A stretch of DNA of 64,000 nt from Epithemia pelagica (taxonomy: Eukaryota; Protista; Bacillariophyta): the NCBI GenBank assembly GCA_946965045.2, contig OX337235.1, positions 1,426,001-1,490,000 on the forward strand, given 5' to 3'. Shown here piece after piece: positions 10,686 to 18,214 of the stretch; within the stretch, counting starts at the first letter, position 1; every line of letters begins with the position of its first letter. A model generated the notes under the pieces. It was not told the origin of the DNA. It worked only from the letters and a program-made list of their open reading frames with translations, and ran no database searches. The position numbers were made by a program, and so were the translations under genes.

Positions 10686-11702
10686 TTAATACTAACTCCA
10701 TACCAGACTGTGTAGGTAGTTCGTCTCACATTTTTATACTACAGTAGGAATTTATTGTACGACCGGGAAGTAGTTTCGTGCGAGTCGCGCGGTGTCCCTC
10801 TCGTGTGTGACACTTGTGCGACACTTGTGTGACACTTTGTGACATGGCTTCTAGGAATTTCTCACTACCTACACAGCTTGATAGGGAGTAAGTTTACTAC
10901 TTCCCTGTGTCTGGCCGTCCTCTCGCGTCGGGCGCGCCCGGCTTGTCGGGAGAATGACTCGACGGGCAATTGTCTTGTCGGGCGTGCGCCCTCCTCGGCC
11001 ATTGCCCTCCTCGTCATTCTACCCTCCGCGCCGGGCGGTCCCTCCTTGAAAGGACTCGACACCGGGAAGTATTAATACTACCTACCATCTCTTATCTCGC
11101 TCTAGTAGGAGTAGGAGTAGGTAGGAGTACGATTTACTCCTAACTCCATACCTCTAGCTATGCAGGTAGTTCTGCTCACATTTTTATAGTAGAGTACGAT
11201 ATTATTGTACAAGCGGGAGGTAGTAATTACCGAAAATTCGCGCGATTCGCGCACAAACACGCCGGGCGAGCAAACCAAGGGGAAAGAGCGCACCACGAAA
11301 AACGGACGCAACGATGGCAACGACGATACCAACAATACACGAAGCGAGAGACAAGTATAAGAAAGAGCAAGTTGAATGTGAGAATAGGCACAAAAACAGC
11401 AATCAAACAGTATTCGAGACAAGTGAGTACTTACAGTTCTAGAAGGATCAACCATTGAATAATGGGATCACTGTGAATGCAACAGACAATTGGTTAGTCA
11501 AACAAGACAGAGGAAGGTCGAAAATACAGCCATGGTTACTCACCATACCAGCAACTAGGGCGACTGTTGGAAGAAGTAGAAAATACTGATAGTGGACAGT
11601 AGCAGCACTGTAAGTCTGTGCAAATAAGAAAAAGTTTGTGAGAAAAACATGAACATACAAAACAAACAAGCAGCAGGTGACGAAAACTCACCACCCAACC
11701 CA

Positions 11703-14700
11703 TCAAGAAGACCTTTTCTTGTGGGATTTCTTGTACTTGCGTGGATGGGAGGGCTGTTGGAACTGAACAGGTTGAAAATGGGGCTGCTGGATCATGGTTT
11801 GTTGCATGGTGGTCGGCATGATGGAAGGCTGTTGTGCGTAGTTCGGAGCAACCATCCCAAACTGCATTGAGGTCGTAGGCATGTACGGTTGTTGCATAAA
11901 CCCATTCATCATGGGCTGCTGTGTAGGGTAGGTGGGTTGCAACATCGTCGGCATTGGAGCAAGTGCTGGTTGTTGTTGTTGTTGTGTTACGATGAAAGAC
12001 GAGGGTTGTTGTTGTTGTGGGATGAAGGTAGGAGCAATCATACCATTCGAGCGGAACCCACCGTGTGGAGAATACATGGATGACGATGACGATGACAAAG
12101 AAGTGGGGGTGTTGCATTGAGGCATGTGCGAGGCGACAACTGACTTCGGCGGCTTCTTCTTTGGAGGAGGAGCCTGGGACTCAATCATGTTCGAGGCTTG
12201 TTGGCTGTTGGTGCCAAAAGCCTCCCAGTCAAATCCTTTGAAGAGAGAATCCGTCAAATCATCATCTTCTTCTAGAGTCAATGGTTGGAAAACTGCAGAC
12301 AACGCCTTCTTCTCGTGGTGAGACTTTGGTTTCGTTTCCACGGGTTCTGAAAAGAAAACAGAAGAATGAGAGAAGAAACAACGATAGCAATCAACCAAAA
12401 AATGGACTTACCTTGTTTGACTGTGACAGGCGAGGCATCGTTATACCAGTTTGCTTTTAAGACCGCGGCGTAGGATTCCGGTCCAAACTCTTGGTATGCA
12501 AAGTTTGCCTCATCAGTCTTGTGGCGTCCGAATTTGTTCACGATCTTTTGTGGAGCACCAGATTGTGCCACGTTGGAGATTCCGGTACGGCGGCCCGTCC
12601 GCGCAGTCGTTCGTTTCCAGTCTTCTAAGCCGCACCTCTTGAAGAGGAGCTTGGCATTTTCGTTCGGCCAGTTCTTGCCGAGTTGACCGATTGGGCGTGT
12701 CGGAGGCGGTCCTGTGAAACCATTTGCGACTGCTTTGTTGTAGCGAGCCATGGTTTCTTTCGACGTGTCTCGCACCAACATGGTGCCAGCCCACCACTTG
12801 TCATTCGCAGGAGAGGGACGAGCCTTGCGTTCCTTGTCCGAAGCAATATTGAGAAACAGTAGACCCGTCCAGCCAGGAGGTAGGGCGTGCTCGATCCAGT
12901 ACTGGAGTAATTTGTACGTGGACCACGGGTCGTCGGGGTTGTCGACAATCATATTGAGCTCGCGCCCGTCTTCAGCGTCAAGAGTGGGGTTATTCAATGA
13001 CAGCTTCGAGCATTTCTCGCGGCTACACTCTTTGAGTTTGTACGCGGGTAGGCCCGCCAACGAGCCATACTCCTCTGAAAGTGCGGGGATGTGGACTAAG
13101 TCTGCAACTCTAACTTTACAGGTCTGTAAGAAACGAGGCAAAAAACGTGAGAAATCACATGTCCGAAGAAACCAAACCAACAATCAGACAGTACTAACCT
13201 CGATGGTACCACGTGGACCGAAATCACGTTGGAACTTATAAACTACTAGTCGTAAAAGGTCGATGGGGACCGAAAAAGGATTCAGTTTCGGGTTTGCCTT
13301 GTTCCGAAACAGGTACTCGTCATTCTGCACAATCTTGGCTTTCTTCGGGCGGCGACCATAGTCCGGACGAGCCTCGGACTCTTCTTCAAACTGCTTTTTG
13401 CAATAAGCATGGTATGAACGGGGCAGGTTTTGAAGATCCAGACTCCCGTACTGAATGCCGTTGGTATGAAGCACAGAGAACACATGGTCCAGCATCTTTT
13501 TCAAAGCGTTCGGTTGATACACCTGCCCGGCCTTGGTGTACAGATTCAAGACGAAAACGTAAAGTACAAGATTCAGACACTTTGCTTTCTCCGGGGTCTT
13601 GTATCCTCGCAACAACGTAAAAAGACGGAGGGTTTGCTTTGATGGGTTATCAGGATCGGCGATGACTTCGGTGAGTTTGTGTAAGTCTTGATGTCGGGCC
13701 ATGATGTTCAGAAAGCGTTCGAATGTTCTTGCCTTCTCCCGCTCATACCCTGCCGTGTTCATTGACAGGTCAGAGAAATTTACGTTGCGAGCCCCGTCTC
13801 CATAGACGCGCTCGTTCGAGATCGTGGCATAAGAGGCCCATGCCTCAAGATCGTCGGGGGTATTGACTACCTCGGGTAGCGAGTTGCTCGAAAGGAAGTC
13901 AAAGGTCACCCGCCCTGTTGCTTCGTCGACAACAAGGGTGGACCGAGAAGACGCAGCTTGGGCAGCCATCTTTAGAGAGGGAGCAATGGGAACGGACGTT
14001 TCATTGGGAGGCACTTGCATCGACGCCCTGCAAAACACAGCAATCAACGAGACAGTTAGAACAGGAAGAAACATACAGACAATCCACTGCAAGTCAAAAC
14101 CAACGTACTGAGGGGCCACATTCGGAGCGATGGGAACGGAGGTTCCATTGGGAGGCAGAACAGAGGTTTCATTGGGAGGCGGAACGGAGGTTCCATTGGG
14201 AGGCACTTGCATGGACGCCCTGCAAAGCACATCAATCAACGAGACAGTTAGAACTGGATGAACCATGAAAGCAATCCACTAATGCAAAGCAAAGTCAACG
14301 TACTGAGGGGCCACAGCAATGGATTCCACATTCGGAGCTTCCAAAGTTCCAACAGGAAGAACAGCATCCCTGCAATACGAACAATCAAACAGAGTGAGAT
14401 GGGAACATGACAATACACAAAGAAACAACAATCATCAGTGACTTCTTACCAGTTCTGAGGAGGTTCGGACAGAGGAACCGGTGCAGGTTTCTTGTTCCCC
14501 TGTTTTGGAACAGGGATGTTGACGGATCGTTTCTGGAGGAGCGATGACAAAGGGTTGCTTTTCTTGCAAACAGTCGACGCAGCCTTGCTGGATTGACGAG
14601 TCTTTACAGCAGCAGGACGATGAGGCGGTGCGTTCTCCTTGTTTGCGGCGGCGGCGGCAGCGGCTTTGTTAGCGTTGCGAGTCTTCATGGCGAGCTTCCT

Positions 14701-15099
14701 TCTGCTTATCAAATGACACAACAAATGAGAAATGAGAAATGACAGGAAGAATGAGGATCGGTGTGACGGTCGAAGGAAATTTGAATCGGTAAGTGCGACC
14801 GGGAAGATTTCGACGCGAAAAGGAAGACGACCATGGTCGAAATTGACGAAAAACGGGCCAACGAGCAAGAACAAATACGACAATCAAACAAAAACTTACA
14901 GTTTGCTCGACCTTTTGAGCATCCAGGAGTCAGAGGAGTTACTGTGCTCCTCTGAGCTCCCAGTGCAAAGATCAATCCGCTCAACCCACCTTCCTTCCCA
15001 ATTGTTCATGTTCTCGGGTTCGTCAAAGAGGTACATGTAGGAAGTTGACGAGTCCGAAGACTCAGAATCAGACTCCGAGACCAAATCAATGATGTTCAT
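11703..15099 (-). CDS. Tyrosine recombinase (Crypton/DUF3504-like), 7 exons, ~937 aa, Q-rich C-terminal tail
   Basis: Phase-consistent GT-AG introns at 14702-14899, 14370-14449, 14220-14303, 14028-14108, 13124-13198 and 12347-12411. Catalytic-type motifs: GPRG (R), ARTGRRTG (HxxR position), FGRHKT (H/W) and NFAYQE (Y). The start may instead be ATG 14688 (MKTRN). Confidence 0.8.
14028..14305 (-). repeat. Tandem duplication of an intron+exon unit (~192 bp period) inside the recombinase gene
   Basis: Introns 14028-14108 and 14220-14303 share long stretches (caatcaacgagacagttagaac, caacgtactgaggggccaca). Both downstream exons begin ASMQVPPN(G/E)TSVP. Confidence 0.85.
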
Positions 15100-15387
15100 G
15101 CTATTATACACACCAATCAAACACTATTCTATAGGAAGAGAGCCACTTGGAATGGTAATGCCATTGCTGTCGGTCTTCCTTCCTAATTTCCGGATCGAGA
15201 GGAAAGGGAGGTCGACGAGATCTCTGGGGACTGGGGCCTATATAATCCGAGGAACGGAAGGTTTTAAAATTACTTAGAGACGAAAATTTCCTATGCGACT
15301 TCCAAATTTCATCAACGGACATGTCCTCTCTATTAAATATAGAGAGGTGAGCAGAACTACCTGCATATCTAGGTATGGAGTAAGCAG

Positions 15388-15563
15388 AATACTCCCCTGT
15401 ATTTTTCAGTCCTTTCTCGTCGGGCGCCCGGCTAGTCGGGAGAATGACTCGTCGGGCACGTGTCTTGTCGGGCATGCGCCCTCCGTGCCACGTGCCCTCC
15501 TCGTCATTCTACCCTCCACGCCGGGCGACCCTCCTCAAAAGGACTGATATACCGTGAAGTATT
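15388..15563. repeat. Modular terminal hairpin of the autonomous element
   Basis: GTCGGG at 15419, 15435, 15451, 15467 and CCCTCC at 15479, 15495, 15512, 15529; the spacers on the two arms are reverse complements. Confidence 0.9.
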
Positions 15564-16058
15564 CCTACTACTCCTAGGAGTACGAATTACGAATACCTTT
15601 CTGAAGAGGAAGAGCAACTTACCATTTTAGTAGATTAAATACTCCTAGGAGAAGCATTACTACGAGCATGGTGAGCACGAAATGTCGATCAATCTAGTAT
15701 TCTGTGTTCTGAGAAAGTAAAAGAAGGGCACCTGAGATTGCCTCTATGTTTGACTTGGACTCACAACGTGCCAGTCAAGGGAACCACTGGCGCTTTACAA
15801 CTGACTTTAGCGTGTTGCTGTCTCCGTGCATACAAACTATCATTCTCATCTACGTGTTCACCTTCCCTCCATAAATGTTGTAGGACTTGAAAATATTATA
15901 GGAGTATTCGTCCTGACCAGTCAATACGACGTTTGGACCTACGAGTTCTGGTTCTAAATTCGAGCTTGTCCCAATGACGACGATGCGTCGACACACGCAT
16001 ACGCAAGTGAAGCGTTCTATCTTCTATAGCGTTGAATGTCAACCCCAAGCTGAACAAA

Positions 16059-17669
16059 TTAATTGTGATGATGGTGAAGATGGCCTTCGTTATTCACACG
16101 ACGCTTCCGTTTGTTCCTTTGCTGCCTTTGGCGTTCTTCTTCCACGGCAGCCTTTTCATAAACCGAGTCCAGCTTGTGGGTGCGACCACGTTGTTGCCTC
16201 GCCCACCAGGTGTATCGTTGTTCCATTTCGGATTGGGTGGTAGACATGCGAAGAAAATGAAGAAGTAGCTGACTCATCACATCCATTTTCCCTGGATAGC
16301 AATTATGCAAACAGTCCCCTTGGTGACTGCGATGTTCATCGGGACGCAAAACGTTGAGGTAGTATGCATCCAAAACACCATATGACAGCGAAGATCTAGT
16401 AGACGACATGGAAGTGACGGGCGGTCCAAATTGCTTTTCAAGTTCGAGCAATAGTAACTTGTTTTGCGCTTGATAGTCGTACCAGTGGTAGTTAATAGCT
16501 CGAGGGTTGTACGCATAGTTGCTCAAATTGGCAATCCATGTTTCCATTGTTGCAAGGTCATTAACGGGTTGATCGAACTCGGCGCACTTTGGATGGCCAG
16601 GGACGCTTGTTCTCCAAAACAAGTGACACCGGATTCCATGCACTTGTTGGCATTGATGGAACCAATTACGGACAATTGTCCAATTTGGTTCCATTTCTTG
16701 CATCAGTCTTGTATCATTGACGTAGTGTGCTCCTTTGTTTAAGACCAAGATGGAAGGAAAGTCGTCTTGGATTGCACTGCTCAAATTCAGTAACCGATCA
16801 TCACGTCGGAACACCAACCGAACTGTTTTGGAGACCGATGTCTCGTGTGCACCATCAAACTGTGTTTCTGGACAGACGGAATGCACGATATTTTGCTGGA
16901 GCATTTTGCTTTGATGCTGAAATCCCTGACGAATGGGATGTCCAGACAACAACTGGACAAGACTACTGTAGTGCTCCCATGACAAGGAATCGCCAACAAT
17001 CATGACTGTTGCGTGCTTTGCAACACTGCAAAAGGTAGTCTTGCTCCAAGTTGTAAAGTGACAATCTTCGCGTTGTGGTTGCCATTTCCAAGAAGGAAAT
17101 GGCTTCTGTTTGTAGTACGACTTGTTGTAGCAGCTTAAGTGTTCTGTCGTAGAAATGTACGGAGCACCGTCTACGAGTAGAGAAGGTACCCATTTCCCTT
17201 TAATTACGTCTTCTCGTCCACAGAGAGCCAGATTGGATGCATTGCTTTCCAAGGGAACAATTGGTTGAAGGTTAATATCGCGTACAGCCCTTGTTTCTTC
17301 TTCGTTGGAAAGCTTGTCGATAGCAAAACGGTGAGAGCCCTGGATGGTTTCTTTTACCAGATGATAGTGATCGGTATCCAACTTTGAAGCTTCTTGACCA
17401 GGGTTATGATGCTTGCTGGTCGGTGACGAGAGAGAGAACAAGGGCATTGCGGCTCTGGTCGGTTGAGAGGGCATTGTTCTCTGAACAGTATCATTCCGTC
17501 CTTCTTGTTTCCAATCATGCTTCATCCAGAGGATTGTTTGATTGATGTTGGTCCACAGAACATATACGATGGAAACCGTCAAAAGTGTGTAGGTCCAGGA
17601 TCTCTTGAGAAGTCTCATGACACAATTGTGAACAAGAATTAACCTTGACCTGCTTTCTCCGTCGCTCAT
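16059..17669 (-). CDS. TBL/PC-esterase family protein, paralog of 2896-4185
   Basis: TM; KGKWVP; WKWQP..C; IVGDSLSWEHYSSL; DCLHNCYPGKMDV. These motifs nearly match the first paralog. Confidence 0.75.
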   Translation of the reverse strand: MSDGESRSRLILVHNCVMRLLKRSWTYTLLTVSIVYVLWTNINQTILWMKHDWKQEGRNDTVQRTMPSQPTRAAMPLFSLSSPTSKHHNPGQEASKLDTDHYHLVKETIQGSHRFAIDKLSNEEETRAVRDINLQPIVPLESNASNLALCGREDVIKGKWVPSLLVDGAPYISTTEHLSCYNKSYYKQKPFPSWKWQPQREDCHFTTWSKTTFCSVAKHATVMIVGDSLSWEHYSSLVQLLSGHPIRQGFQHQSKMLQQNIVHSVCPETQFDGAHETSVSKTVRLVFRRDDRLLNLSSAIQDDFPSILVLNKGAHYVNDTRLMQEMEPNWTIVRNWFHQCQQVHGIRCHLFWRTSVPGHPKCAEFDQPVNDLATMETWIANLSNYAYNPRAINYHWYDYQAQNKLLLLELEKQFGPPVTSMSSTRSSLSYGVLDAYYLNVLRPDEHRSHQGDCLHNCYPGKMDVMSQLLLHFLRMSTTQSEMEQRYTWWARQQRGRTHKLDSVYEKAAVEEERQRQQRNKRKRRVNNEGHLHHHHN

Positions 17670-18214
17670 TGTTGTACATTCCACAAAGTTTGTTGAATGT
17701 CGTGACTTTTGTAGATCTCAACTCTGTCTACAACTCCGAATCGAAGTAATTAACAGGTGGAGTCTGTTTCGCAGGACAACTTTCAAATGTACGACCAGCA
17801 ACGGCGTCCATCGTCAAAAATGTGGGAAAAGGATCTAATTATTATCTTGTGATCGATGATCGATCCGTGGAAATTCGGAATCCGAGGCAGTCCGCCATAC
17901 GTACGCTGGCCGATCCTATGTGTGTTTGGTCTTGGTCGTAGTGACACTTCTGCAGAATTGGAAAAAAGGAAGATTTACTATGAAATTTTGTCTCTATTTT
18001 TTCTACCTAGCTATGACAATTGCGCTTGAAGCGGGTAGGTAGTACAATGGCGATGGTCTATGGCCAATGCACCACGGAGTAAACATCAACAAAGATCCAA
18101 TTGGAGTCATGTGTGGAAGTGCGGTATGGCGAATGAGAGTTCATGATGTCTTACCAACAAATATCTTGAGCTTGAAAGTTAGCTAGTTGCGAGAAATGAG
18201 AACAGTGCGCACGA

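Larger units (their letters stand above)
10305..11076. mobile_element. Two head-to-tail copies of a 386 bp non-autonomous element related to the adjacent tyrosine-recombinase element
   Basis: 10305-10690 and 10691-11076 are identical by eye except T10361/G10747. The first ~85 bp align to 11140-11225 and the last ~190 bp to 15380-15565. Confidence 0.85.
11140..15570 (-). mobile_element. Crypton-like tyrosine-recombinase DNA transposon (~4.4 kb, no reverse transcriptase)
   Basis: Encodes a single tyrosine recombinase. Inverted repeat 11143-11179 vs 15347-15381 (perfect 21 bp + 10 bp blocks). Terminal hairpin 15388-15563. Both ends are homologous to the 386 bp units. Exact termini uncertain by ~10 bp. 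Confidence 0.8.

Noticed and set aside
10453-11075. Duplicated 78 aa and 65 aa ORFs in the 386 bp units
   Set aside because: They lie across the GC-rich hairpin, start at non-ATG or weak codons, and are duplicated only because the DNA is.
10305-11076. Possible CRISPR array or satellite
   Set aside because: Two long identical units with no unique spacers, a eukaryotic context and no cas genes. Homology to transposon ends explains it better.
11315-11434. Short plus-strand ORF (MATTIPTIHEARDK...) ending at an overlapping GTGAGT/GTAAGT near-palindrome
   Set aside because: Only ~40 codons and no convincing downstream plus-strand exon; cannot be supported without transcripts.
11140-15570. DIRS retrotransposon, Helitron or Starship identity
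   Set aside because: No RT/RNaseH, no HUH-Rep/helicase motifs and no cargo genes; the size is only ~4.4 kb.
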